A DNA stretch of 64,000 bases from Chitinophagales bacterium (lineage in GTDB: Bacteria; Bacteroidota; Bacteroidia; Chitinophagales; LD1), in assembly GCA_044226285.1 (NCBI GenBank), contig JBGAHI010000008.1:145140-209139 (forward strand). The letters are read 5' to 3'. Within the stretch, counting starts at the first letter, position 1. Every line of letters starts with the position of its first letter. A program made the position numbers and the translations under genes. Of the stretch, positions 19,531 through 28,785 are shown in pieces. A model generated the notes under the pieces. The model saw nothing but the letters and a program-made list of their open reading frames with translations. It was not told the DNA's origin and did not search any database.

Positions 19531-22353
19531 ATGCCGAGAGATAATTCTATCCAATCCATTTTAATCATCGGATCCGGACCTATCATTATTGGACAAGCTT
19601 GTGAATTTGATTATTCCGGCTCCCAAGCTGCACGTAGCCTTCGCGAAGAAGGTATTATCGTAACCCTTCTGAACTCCAACCCGGCAACGATTATGACGGA
19701 TCCGGTAGTAGCCGACCACGTTTATTTATTGCCTATCACTATCGATTCTGTAGTGAAGATTTTGGAAGAGCAAAAAATTGATGCCGTGTTGCCTACAATG
19801 GGCGGACAAACAGCCCTTAACCTATGCATGGAAGCCTATGAAATGGGCATTTGGGAGAAATACGGAGTGAAAGTTATCGGAGCCGATTTTGATGCCATTG
19901 AGAAAACGGAAAACAGAGAACTATTCCGCCAATGGATGATCGAATTAGGGATTGGCGTAGCTCCGGCCATCACCGCCAATTCATTTTTGGAAGGTAAAGA
20001 GGCCGCACAAAAAATCGGATTTCCATTGGTGATTCGTCCGAGCTACACCTTAGGCGGAACGGGCGGTTCATTCGTGCATACTAAAGAAGAATTTGACGAA
20101 AAACTGCAACGCGGTTTATCGGCTTCACCTACACACGAAGTATTAATTGAGAAAGCCGTGTTGGGTTGGAAAGAATTTGAGTTAGAAGTAATGAAAGACC
20201 GCTTAGGCAACTTTGTGGTGATTTGTTCGGTAGAGAATTTCGACCCGATGGGTGTGCACACGGGAGATTCAATAACAGTTGCTCCTGCACAAACTCTGAG
20301 CGATACGGCCTATCAGCGCATGCGTAATTATGCAAAACGTATGATGCAAGAATTAGGTAATTTCGCAGGCGGTTGTAATGTGCAGTTCGCGATTGACCCG
20401 GTAACAGAAGATATTATCTCTATTGAAATGAATCCTCGGGTATCGCGTTCTTCTGCCCTTGCATCAAAAGCAACAGGTTATCCGATTGCAAAGATTGCGG
20501 CAAAGCTAGCCATTGGTTATACTTTGGATGAATTGAAAAATCAAATCACCAAAACTACATCAGCCTTTTTCGAACCGTCATTAGATTACGTTATCGTAAA
20601 AATTCCACGTTGGAACTTTGATAAATTCGCTGGTTGCGATGATACTCTTGGCTTACAAATGAAAAGTGTGGGTGAGGTAATGGGCATCGGCAGAAGCTTC
20701 CAAGAAGCGCTACAGAAATCTTGTCAATCGCTCGAAAACAATAGAATTGGTTTAGGAGCCGATGGTAAAACATGGGTAAGTACAGATGATATGTTGCAAG
20801 GCATAAAAACGCCAAGCTGGGATCGATTGTTCCGAATTTACGATGCCCTGAAATTGGGAGTGCCATTGAAAACCATTCAAGATTTAACGCGTATCGACCC
20901 ATGGTTCTTATATCAAATCATGGATTTGGTGGATACTGAAAAACGTATGCGTAAAACCGAGTTGGAAAGCATTGATGTTGATACGATGTTCGAGCTGAAG
21001 CAAAAAGGATATTCTGATTTGCAACTAGCTTATATGTTCAAAGTGAGTGAAGACGAAGTGTACAGCTACAGAAGAAAACTAGGCGTAAATAGAATTTACA
21101 AATTAGTGGATACTTGTGCAGCAGAATTTGAAGCGCTTACACCATATTATTATTCTTCTTTTGAAAAAGGAGTAAAAGCTTCTGAATCACCAAAAACGGA
21201 CAAGAAAAAAGTAATCGTATTAGGATCAGGACCGAATAGAATCGGGCAAGGTATTGAGTTCGATTATTGCTGCGTACACGGAATCTTAGCCATAAAAGAA
21301 GCCGGTTTCGAAGCCATTATGATGAACTGTAATCCGGAAACCGTTTCTACTGATTTCGATATTGCTGATAAGTTATATTTTGAACCGGTGTTCTGGGAGC
21401 ATTTGCGCGAATTAATTGATTACGAAAAACCGGAAGGCGTAATCGTACAATTGGGCGGACAAACAGCATTGAAACTCGCAAAAAACCTGAAGGATAACGG
21501 CATTAAGATTATCGGATCCTCTTATGATAGTATGGATATTGCAGAAGATCGAGAACGCTTCTCCGATTTATTAAAAGAATTAGGCATCCCTTACCCTGAA
21601 TATGGAGCTGCTCAAACCGCACAAGATGCTATTGAAATTGCACACGCCATTGGTTATCCGGTGTTGGTACGTCCTTCGTATGTGTTGGGCGGACAACGTA
21701 TGCGTATTGTAATTGACGATGAAGAATTGACAAAATCGGTTGTAGGTATTTTAAAACATTTCCCGGATAACAACATCTTGATTGACCATTTCCTCGACCG
21801 TGCCGAAGAGGCCGAAATTGACGCTATCTTTGATGGTGAGCAAGTAGAGATTATGGGTATCATGGAACATATCGAGCCAGCCGGAATTCACTCGGGTGAT
21901 TCGAACTCGGTGTTGCCACCATACAATCTTTCTGAAAATGTGATTTCACAAATGAAAGAATTCACCGAGAAAATCGCTAGAGCGCTTAACATTAGAGGAC
22001 TTATCAATATTCAGTTTGCGATTAAAAAAGAGAAAGTGTATGTGATTGAAGCGAATCCACGTGCTTCGAGAACTACTCCATTTATTTGCAAAGCGTATAA
22101 CATTCCGTATTTGAATTATGCGACCAAAGTAATGTTGGGCACCAATAAATTAAAGGATTTCACCTACTATAAACGATTGATTGGTTATGCCATTAAAGAG
22201 CCTGTATTCAGCTTTGATAAATTCCCGAATGTAAGTCGTGAATTAGGACCTGAAATGAAATCAACCGGTGAATCTATACGTTTCATTAAAGACTTGTACG
22301 ACCCAACTTTCCGTGAGTTGTATAAGATGAAGAGTATGTATTTAAGTCGATAA
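19531..22353 (+). CDS. carB: Carbamoyl-phosphate synthase large subunit (short form ending after the second ATP-grasp unit)
   Basis: 940 aa. N-terminus [25 protein letters not shown] and internal duplicate [20 protein letters not shown]. It ends 26 aa after EMKSTGES. Confidence 0.95.
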   Translation: MPRDNSIQSILIIGSGPIIIGQACEFDYSGSQAARSLREEGIIVTLLNSNPATIMTDPVVADHVYLLPITIDSVVKILEEQKIDAVLPTMGGQTALNLCMEAYEMGIWEKYGVKVIGADFDAIEKTENRELFRQWMIELGIGVAPAITANSFLEGKEAAQKIGFPLVIRPSYTLGGTGGSFVHTKEEFDEKLQRGLSASPTHEVLIEKAVLGWKEFELEVMKDRLGNFVVICSVENFDPMGVHTGDSITVAPAQTLSDTAYQRMRNYAKRMMQELGNFAGGCNVQFAIDPVTEDIISIEMNPRVSRSSALASKATGYPIAKIAAKLAIGYTLDELKNQITKTTSAFFEPSLDYVIVKIPRWNFDKFAGCDDTLGLQMKSVGEVMGIGRSFQEALQKSCQSLENNRIGLGADGKTWVSTDDMLQGIKTPSWDRLFRIYDALKLGVPLKTIQDLTRIDPWFLYQIMDLVDTEKRMRKTELESIDVDTMFELKQKGYSDLQLAYMFKVSEDEVYSYRRKLGVNRIYKLVDTCAAEFEALTPYYYSSFEKGVKASESPKTDKKKVIVLGSGPNRIGQGIEFDYCCVHGILAIKEAGFEAIMMNCNPETVSTDFDIADKLYFEPVFWEHLRELIDYEKPEGVIVQLGGQTALKLAKNLKDNGIKIIGSSYDSMDIAEDRERFSDLLKELGIPYPEYGAAQTAQDAIEIAHAIGYPVLVRPSYVLGGQRMRIVIDDEELTKSVVGILKHFPDNNILIDHFLDRAEEAEIDAIFDGEQVEIMGIMEHIEPAGIHSGDSNSVLPPYNLSENVISQMKEFTEKIARALNIRGLINIQFAIKKEKVYVIEANPRASRTTPFICKAYNIPYLNYATKVMLGTNKLKDFTYYKRLIGYAIKEPVFSFDKFPNVSRELGPEMKSTGESIRFIKDLYDPTFRELYKMKSMYLSR

Positions 22354-22398
22354 TAAGTTGCTAGCTGTTAGAAAATAAGCCATTAGAAATTACAGAAC

Positions 22399-23001
22399 AT
22401 GTATATCCCTAAAGAATTCCAACAGCCCGATCAAACTACTGCAATTGAATACATGAAAAAGTATTCGTTTGCAACATTAATTACTGCAGCTGAAAACACA
22501 CCGCGCGCCACACATCTACCTTTTGTGATTGAAGTAGAAAACGATAAAATTATTCTCCATTCACACATGGCGAAAGATAATCCGCAATGGGAAGAATTCG
22601 AAAAAGGTTCATGCCTTGTAGTATTCAGCAACCCCAACGCATATATTTCGCCTTCTCTTTACGAGAAAAACGACAATGTTCCAACTTGGAATTATGTTGC
22701 TGTTCATGCATCCGGCAATGCGTTAATATTGGATTCAGAAGCTGAAAAAATTACACTTCTGGAACGCATGATTCACACTTACGAACCCGAATATTTCGAA
22801 CAATGGAAGACAGTAAGCGAACGCTACAAATCCAACTTATTCCCGGATTTGGTAGCCTTTAAAATTCATGTTGCACAATTAGAATGCAAAGAAAAGCTCA
22901 GTCAGAATAAGAGTAAAAAAGAAAGAGAGCATATCTCCAATTCACTTATAGAAGCGCAAAACGAATTAGGTACGATTATGCTGAAAAAGAATACACCATA
23001 A
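22399..23001 (+). CDS. FMN-binding negative transcriptional regulator, PaiB family
   Basis: 200 aa. The N-terminus MYIPKEFQQPD...YSFATLIT is typical of PaiB-like proteins. Confidence 0.75.
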   Translation: MYIPKEFQQPDQTTAIEYMKKYSFATLITAAENTPRATHLPFVIEVENDKIILHSHMAKDNPQWEEFEKGSCLVVFSNPNAYISPSLYEKNDNVPTWNYVAVHASGNALILDSEAEKITLLERMIHTYEPEYFEQWKTVSERYKSNLFPDLVAFKIHVAQLECKEKLSQNKSKKEREHISNSLIEAQNELGTIMLKKNTP

Positions 23002-23039
23002 AACAAGAAAGGCATCTCTTTGAGATGCCTTTCTTGTTT
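23001..23039. terminator. Bidirectional terminator (18-bp perfect arms)
   Basis: AAACAAGAAAGGCATCTC-TTT-GAGATGCCTTTCTTGTTT lies between the convergent paiB-like gene and secA. Confidence 0.75.
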
Positions 23040-23053
23040 ATCGTTGAATGCAA

Positions 23054-26000
23054 TTACGCTTCCTTTCCGTGACACTGTTTAAACTTCTTACCACTGCCGC
23101 AAGGACAAGGATCGTTTCGGCCAATTTGTGGTCCAAGACGCACCGGCTCAGGTTTGCGTTGCTCTTGCATAGGAACATCGCCAGGGTTACCATTGGCTTC
23201 CACTTCAGCTTTGTTCGTCTGTACATTTTTCACATCCGATTTTGGCAATTGAGCCTCACGTACTTGTTGTGGATTCTGTTCTTCAGATGGCAATTGCCCT
23301 TTGAATAAGAAAGCAGCAATCTCTTGATTAATGTGCGACATCAATCCCTTGAATAAATTGAATGATTCAATTTTGTAAATCACTAATGGATCTTTCTGCT
23401 CAAAGTGCGCTGTTTGTACTTCATGCTTCAAATCATCCATTAAACGCAAGTGATGCTTCCAGGCATCATCAATGAAGGCCAAAGATACCGAACGCTCGAA
23501 ATACGTCCACAAATCTTTACCATTACTTTCAATAATATCGTGTAATGGCACCAACACATTCAACCCCTTTTTGTTCTCTGTGTATGGAATGGCTACCGTT
23601 TTAATTACATCGCCTCTTTCTTTATGAATACTTTTCAAAATCGGGAAAGCCTGATTTTGCACTGCTTCTTTTTTAGCTTGATAGGCTTCTACCACTTCAT
23701 CAAACAATTTCTGCGTTAAATCGCCTGCATTGCCTTTCGCAAATTCAGCTTCTGTAATCGATGATTCAAACGAGAAGAATTTAATCACATCCAATTTGAA
23801 CCCTTCCAAATCCTTCACCGGCAAGTGGTTCAACACTATTTCCTCGCACAAATCGTAAAACGAGTTTTGAATATCCAAGGCTAAACGCTCTCCAAACAAA
23901 GCATGTTTACGTTTACCGTAAATCACCTCACGTTGTTTGTTCATTACATCATCGTATTCCAACAAACGCTTACGAATACCGAAGTTATTTTCTTCCACTT
24001 TCTTCTGCGCACGCTCAATCGATTTTGTAATCATACTGTGCTGAATTACCTCGCCATCTTTGTAACCTAAGCTATCCATCACTTTCGAGATTCGCTCTGA
24101 ACCAAACAAACGCATCAACTCATCTTCCAACGAAACGTAGAATTGCGAAGAACCCGGATCTCCCTGACGACCGGCACGACCTCTCAACTGACGGTCAACC
24201 CGTCTGGAATCGTGACGCTCAGTACCAATAATCGCCAAACCTCCTGCTGCTTTCACTTGGTCGTTGATTTTAATATCTGTACCACGACCCGCCATGTTCG
24301 TTGCAATCGTTACAGCCGATGGATTCCCCGCTTCAGCCACAATTTCTGCTTCACGTTTGTGGTGTTTCGCGTTCAATACATTATGCTTGATTTTGCGAAT
24401 CGTAAGCATTCTACCCAACAATTCCGATACTTCCACGTTGGTTGTACCTACCAGCACCGGACGACCCGCCTCACTCAATTGCTGAATATCGTCAATGATT
24501 GCGTTATACTTTTCGCGCTTCGTTTTGTAGATCAAATCTTCTTTATCGTCACGAATAATCGGACGATTGGTAGGAATAGTCGAAACATCTAATTTGTAAA
24601 TATCCCAGAACTCACCTGCCTCAGTAATCGCAGTACCCGTCATACCACACAACTTGTGAAACATACGGAAGTAGTTCTGCAACGTAATGGTAGCCAAGGT
24701 TTGCGAAGCCGCTTCCACTTTCACATTCTCTTTCGATTCAATCGCTTGGTGCAAACCATCAGAGTATCTACGTCCGTCCAAAATACGACCCGTATTCTCA
24801 TCCACAATTTTCACTTTGCCATCCATCACCACATACTGAATGTCTTTTTCAAACAAGGTATACGCTTTCAACAATTGTTGAATCGAGTGAATACGCTCCG
24901 TTTTCAAAGAGAACTCGTTCATCAGCGCTTCTTTGCGATGTAGTTTTTCTTCAGCACTTAAGCCCAACTTTTCAATTTCCGCAACCGTAGCGCCTACATC
25001 CGGAATAACGAAGAAATGTGGATCTTCTCCCGCGCCCGTAATTAACTCAATCCCTTTATCGGTAAGGTCTACCGAGTTGTTTTTTTCGTCAATCGTGAAA
25101 TACAATTCTTTATCGGCCAACGGCATATTTTTTTGCTGCTCTGCCAAGAAATAATTTTCGGCATTGCGCATAATTTGCATTACACCCGGCTCCGATAAAT
25201 ATTTAATCAATGCAGTATTTTTCGGCAAACCTCTAAAGGCACGGTATAAAGCCATTCCGCCCTCTCCTTCTTTCGTTCCGGTGTTGCCTTCGTTGATTAA
25301 TCGCTTCGCTTCCGTTAAAAATTGATTGCATACTTTACGTTGCGTATCATACAATTTTACGATGCGCGGCTTCAATTCAAAGAACTGTTGCTCATCATCG
25401 CTTTCTACTTGTCCCGAAATAATCAAAGGCGTTCTGGCATCATCCACCAAAACCGAATCGACCTCATCCACCATCGCAAAATGGTGTTTGCGTTGTACCA
25501 TCTCGGCCGGATTGCTCACCATGTTATCGCGCAAATAATCGAAACCAAATTCGTTGTTGGTACCGTACGTAATATCGGCATTGTAAGCATTCTTACGCTC
25601 TTCCGAATGTGGCTGATACAAGTCGATACAATCCACCCGCAAGCCCAAGAAATTAAACAAAACGCCATTCCACTCGGCATCCCGTCTTGCCAAATAATCA
25701 TTCACCGTAACTACGTGAACCCCTTCACCCGCCAAGGCGTTAAGGTAAGCCGGCAATGTAGCTACTAACGTTTTTCCTTCTCCTGTTGCCATCTCCGAGA
25801 TCTTTCCGGAGTGCAACACCATACCCCCCACCAACTGCACATCGTAGTGCACCATGTTCCATTTCACGGTTGTACCGGCTGCTTGCCATTCGTTCGCGTA
25901 AATCGCATCATCACCTTCGATTTTGATACTCGGATTTTTCATGGCAATCAAACGGTCTAAATCCGTAGCCTTAGAACGAATTTGCTCGTTATTAGCGAAG

Positions 26001-26368
26001 CGGAAAGCCGCCTCTTTCACCACCGCAAACGCCTCCGGCAGCAACTGATCCAAGATTTCTTCGATTTGTTTATCGCGTTCTTTTTTTAGTACGTCAATAT
26101 CTTTGTACAATGTTTCTTTGGTATGCAAATCTTCTTCTGCTTCTGCTTGCTTGTTGATGTTCGCAATTTGCGCATCCACATCGGCTAAATATGTTTTAAT
26201 GCGCTCGCGGAATTCGTTTGTTTTGTTGCGCAGCTCAGTGTGCGAAAGCGATTTCAACTTTTCATACTCGGCATTAATTTCAACAACCCGCGATTGCATG
26301 CCTTTCAATTCGCGATCGTTTCTCGACCCGAAAACGGAGGTAAGGAATTTTTCTATAAAGTTTGCCAT
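23054..26368 (-). CDS. secA: Preprotein translocase ATPase SecA
   Basis: 1104 aa. Motifs [33 protein letters not shown] and the C-terminal zinc motif [14 protein letters not shown]. Confidence 0.97.
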   Translation of the reverse strand: MANFIEKFLTSVFGSRNDRELKGMQSRVVEINAEYEKLKSLSHTELRNKTNEFRERIKTYLADVDAQIANINKQAEAEEDLHTKETLYKDIDVLKKERDKQIEEILDQLLPEAFAVVKEAAFRFANNEQIRSKATDLDRLIAMKNPSIKIEGDDAIYANEWQAAGTTVKWNMVHYDVQLVGGMVLHSGKISEMATGEGKTLVATLPAYLNALAGEGVHVVTVNDYLARRDAEWNGVLFNFLGLRVDCIDLYQPHSEERKNAYNADITYGTNNEFGFDYLRDNMVSNPAEMVQRKHHFAMVDEVDSVLVDDARTPLIISGQVESDDEQQFFELKPRIVKLYDTQRKVCNQFLTEAKRLINEGNTGTKEGEGGMALYRAFRGLPKNTALIKYLSEPGVMQIMRNAENYFLAEQQKNMPLADKELYFTIDEKNNSVDLTDKGIELITGAGEDPHFFVIPDVGATVAEIEKLGLSAEEKLHRKEALMNEFSLKTERIHSIQQLLKAYTLFEKDIQYVVMDGKVKIVDENTGRILDGRRYSDGLHQAIESKENVKVEAASQTLATITLQNYFRMFHKLCGMTGTAITEAGEFWDIYKLDVSTIPTNRPIIRDDKEDLIYKTKREKYNAIIDDIQQLSEAGRPVLVGTTNVEVSELLGRMLTIRKIKHNVLNAKHHKREAEIVAEAGNPSAVTIATNMAGRGTDIKINDQVKAAGGLAIIGTERHDSRRVDRQLRGRAGRQGDPGSSQFYVSLEDELMRLFGSERISKVMDSLGYKDGEVIQHSMITKSIERAQKKVEENNFGIRKRLLEYDDVMNKQREVIYGKRKHALFGERLALDIQNSFYDLCEEIVLNHLPVKDLEGFKLDVIKFFSFESSITEAEFAKGNAGDLTQKLFDEVVEAYQAKKEAVQNQAFPILKSIHKERGDVIKTVAIPYTENKKGLNVLVPLHDIIESNGKDLWTYFERSVSLAFIDDAWKHHLRLMDDLKHEVQTAHFEQKDPLVIYKIESFNLFKGLMSHINQEIAAFLFKGQLPSEEQNPQQVREAQLPKSDVKNVQTNKAEVEANGNPGDVPMQEQRKPEPVRLGPQIGRNDPCPCGSGKKFKQCHGKEA

Positions 26369-26600
26369 CTCAATTTATTTTGACATTTGGGCGATGATTT
26401 AAGTGGGTGGCTTGAAAGGAAGCGAATCGCACGAAGAACAACGCTATGTTTGGTTTTTTAAAAGTCCGCTAAAATAGTTTTTTGTACGGATATTGCAGTT
26501 CAAAGCATATACCAAATTTCTTTTTAGTACATTTTGACAGATTCGGCTCCAAAAAAGGAACGAAATGGCTGAAATGCACATTCAAAACCTGAAATTATTG

Positions 26601-26705
26601 GCTAGGCTGCGCCCCACTAAGAAGCGGGTCGGGCTATCCGCTTCAATCTTATCCCGCTCTGAAGCGGGATAAGGATTTCCGCTGCTATCCCTCGCAGGGG
26701 CATTT
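26601..26705. repeat. GC-rich multi-hairpin intergenic element (REP-like element or small structured RNA candidate)
   Basis: A locally GC-rich island sits in AT-rich spacer. One hairpin is 7 bp (26621-26627/26638-26644). A second is a perfect 11 bp with a 4-nt loop (26648-26658/26663-26673). GAAGCGGG occurs twice, and a 5-bp closing stem is possible (26611-26615/26697-26701). Confidence 0.4.
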
Positions 26706-26764
26706 CGGTTCATTGCAAATTATAGTGCTGTTGGGTGTTTTCACCAGAAAGTGAGAATAATCTT

Positions 26765-27391
26765 CTATCGGTCGGCAGCGATGCCAACCGAGGACAAAAT
26801 GGCCCTTGCTTCAGCAAGCGTCACGTTTGTGCGAATCCTAATGCCCGTAGTCTGAAGCATAACCGGAAAATTATCTTCTTTTTTTTGTTCAAAAGTAAAA
26901 ATCATATCATTCAGCTTTTTAAACTCCATATCAGTTATTAAGCCTTCATCTAGATAAGACATAATAACATCCTTAACAAAATCATATTCAATATCATCTT
27001 TTATATTAGAACATCTAAGAATGTTAACCATCATGTTTTTGCGCTTATAACCTAAACCCAATCGCTTTATCTCTTTCCAAAAAAATTCTACAGTCTCTCC
27101 TGATGCTTCTTGAAAGTATGTAAGAATCATATTTACTCCTATCTGTATATTTTTAATAGTACGATACGGTTTGCTGGCATTAACAGTATCATCCCTAATA
27201 CTTTTAAGCATAATTATCATTGAGTCAACATCCTCATCCGAAAATCCTTCAGGTTTAAAACGCTTGTATGCATCAAATGCAACATCACACATTTTACAAA
27301 AGCTATCTAACTCTGTTTTATAAAGAAATTCTTTGGCTACCATATCACTTCTTAAAAATCCAATAAATCTAAAGCAGTTTTTAAATAACAT
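26765..27391 (-). CDS. Hypothetical protein, low-GC orphan
   Basis: 208-aa ORF (or 192 aa from ATG 27343). No TM or known motif. Visibly more AT-rich than its neighbours. Confidence 0.5.
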   Translation of the reverse strand: MLFKNCFRFIGFLRSDMVAKEFLYKTELDSFCKMCDVAFDAYKRFKPEGFSDEDVDSMIIMLKSIRDDTVNASKPYRTIKNIQIGVNMILTYFQEASGETVEFFWKEIKRLGLGYKRKNMMVNILRCSNIKDDIEYDFVKDVIMSYLDEGLITDMEFKKLNDMIFTFEQKKEDNFPVMLQTTGIRIRTNVTLAEARAILSSVGIAADR

Positions 27392-27483
27392 AAAAGATAT
27401 TCATTTGTCAAGACTATCCCATTAATTGGATTTACACTCATGCCATCAGTTCGAAAATTAATAACTTGAATTTGTTCACTCAT
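27352..27483 (-). CDS. 43-aa ORF, either a separate small gene or the frameshifted N-terminus of the 208-aa ORF
   Basis: My own translation is MSEQIQVINFRTDGMSVNPINGIVLTNEYLLCYLKTALDLLDF*. It overlaps the start of the downstream ORF. One extra T in the T5 run (minus strand GGATTTTTAAG) would fuse the two frames. Confidence 0.3.
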   Translation of the reverse strand: MSEQIQVINFRTDGMSVNPINGIVLTNEYLLCYLKTALDLLDF

Positions 27484-27504
27484 TGGAAATACAACTGACA
27501 TTCA

Positions 27505-27541
27505 CCCCACACCCAACGCTCCCACACCCAACCCATAACCC
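27505..27541 (-). other. G-quadruplex-type G-tract array on the transcribed strand
   Basis: The minus strand reads GGGTTATGGGTTGGGTGTGGGAGCGTTGGGTGTGGGG: six G3-4 tracts, five loops of 2-6 nt. It starts immediately after the hydroxylase-CDGSH stop codon (27542-27544). Confidence 0.5.
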
Positions 27542-28639
27542 TCAACTCCCAACTTCCCCAGGCCACTTATGCGCCCCATCACAAAATGGCGCTTTCTTCG
27601 TTCGCTTGCAATTACACAACGTACATTTTTGTTGCTTTTCCAACTTAAACAATAGCGGTTTGTATTTTGTACCGTGGTGACAGCCATCACAAAACGGTTG
27701 TGTTTTACTTAATCCACACTGGCACCACAAATAATTTCCTTGTGCTAAATCAATAAAAGTAGGCGCATCAATCTTTGTATCCTTGACATTGTATTTTCCA
27801 GACAACGGACTATTTTCATCCTGACTTTTCAATACCGGAAAAAACATTTGCGTGTACCATGTATCATGGGTGTCGGTTTGTATACCAAACTTTTCCGGGT
27901 ATTGACGAGTGAAATGAGCCGAGCCAAAAAGGATATCCCAAAAGGCAAACATATTCCCGAAGTTACCATTGGGCTCACTAATTTCATCTACTTGTGAAAC
28001 GCCATGATGTGCAAAATGAAAAGCAGGAGTAACAATGGTTCGCTCGACAACCCAAGCCAATGGTGAGAGCCAAGATGAACGATATAACCACCGATCCCAT
28101 TTGGTTGTACTGTGCGCACCAATAATCACCAATTGTTTCAGCACTAATCCAACAACAACCGCACTCCCTCCTCCCCAAAACGTGAATAAGGCCAACCACC
28201 AAATATTGGGCATTAACATATAATATAATGCAGCATTGCGGTATGACACTAGCAAACCCATTTCTGTAGACGCATGGTGTGCCCGATGCAATTTCCATAA
28301 AAATCTATATTGGTGTGCCGATCGATGATACCAATACTGCATCACATCATCCACCAACAAAAAAAGGGGTAATTGAAAATAGAACGGCATTGCATTCAAC
28401 AATGTGCTGCCACTTGGAAAGAACGTTTCGCCTAAAAAAACAACCAACACAACAATGAAGGGCTTTGTGGCTACACTTAACAATAAGAAACTGAAAAACT
28501 CTTGAATATAATCGCCCGTTGATCTTTTGTTTTTGGAAAGATGCCCGGCAATAAATTCAATCAAACCGAATACCACTAAAATGCCTAGCACTAAATACTC
28601 GTTATACAAACGAAAAAATGAAATTACTGATTCCATCAC
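27542..28639 (-). CDS. Fatty acid hydroxylase/sterol desaturase-superfamily membrane di-iron enzyme fused to a C-terminal tandem CDGSH iron-sulfur domain
   Basis: 365 aa with N-terminal TM segments. His boxes are HRSAH, HRAHH and HFAHH. The C-terminus carries two CDGSH signatures: CQCGLSKTQPFCDGCH and CNCKRTKKAPFCDGAH. Confidence 0.8.
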   Translation of the reverse strand: MMESVISFFRLYNEYLVLGILVVFGLIEFIAGHLSKNKRSTGDYIQEFFSFLLLSVATKPFIVVLVVFLGETFFPSGSTLLNAMPFYFQLPLFLLVDDVMQYWYHRSAHQYRFLWKLHRAHHASTEMGLLVSYRNAALYYMLMPNIWWLALFTFWGGGSAVVVGLVLKQLVIIGAHSTTKWDRWLYRSSWLSPLAWVVERTIVTPAFHFAHHGVSQVDEISEPNGNFGNMFAFWDILFGSAHFTRQYPEKFGIQTDTHDTWYTQMFFPVLKSQDENSPLSGKYNVKDTKIDAPTFIDLAQGNYLWCQCGLSKTQPFCDGCHHGTKYKPLLFKLEKQQKCTLCNCKRTKKAPFCDGAHKWPGEVGS

Positions 28640-28681
28640 TTTAGATTATTGATGAAGCTAAATATTAAATTCAAGATTTTA

Positions 28682-28704
28682 AATCATTCGCATTGCGTAT
28701 GATT
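28682..28704. promoter_or_regulatory. 23-nt inverted repeat in the divergent promoter region (candidate operator)
   Basis: AATCATTCGCA-T-TGCGTATGATT has 11-nt arms with one T/T mismatch. It lies 43-65 nt upstream of the hydroxylase start and 82-104 nt upstream of the GGGPS start. Confidence 0.3.
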
Positions 28705-28740
28705 GGAGAAGCAACTATCCCCTATTTTCCCCTAAACTTA

Positions 28741-28748
28741 TATATTTG
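28741..28748 (+). promoter_or_regulatory. Candidate -7 box (TATATTTG) for the GGGPS-rsgA-dtd unit
   Basis: Exact TAnnTTTG match, 38 nt upstream of the TTG start at 28786. Confidence 0.35.
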
Positions 28749-28785
28749 ATGAGTTACATTCAAAGCATTACATAAAACAAGCGCA

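Noticed and set aside
24143-25768. Several 70-149-aa plus-strand ORFs inside secA (24143-24592, 24656-24943, 25322-25768 and others)
   Set aside because: They are antisense shadows of a long, unambiguous secA frame. Their translations are low-complexity and Arg/Ile/Phe-rich with no motifs.
27483-27690. 65-aa plus-strand and 62-aa minus-strand ORFs across the C/G-tract region (the plus-strand one is Pro/His/Thr-rich)
   Set aside because: They are generated by the C-tract/G-tract low-complexity DNA and overlap the well-supported CDGSH coding end. They are better explained as a non-coding G4-type tract plus the real gene.
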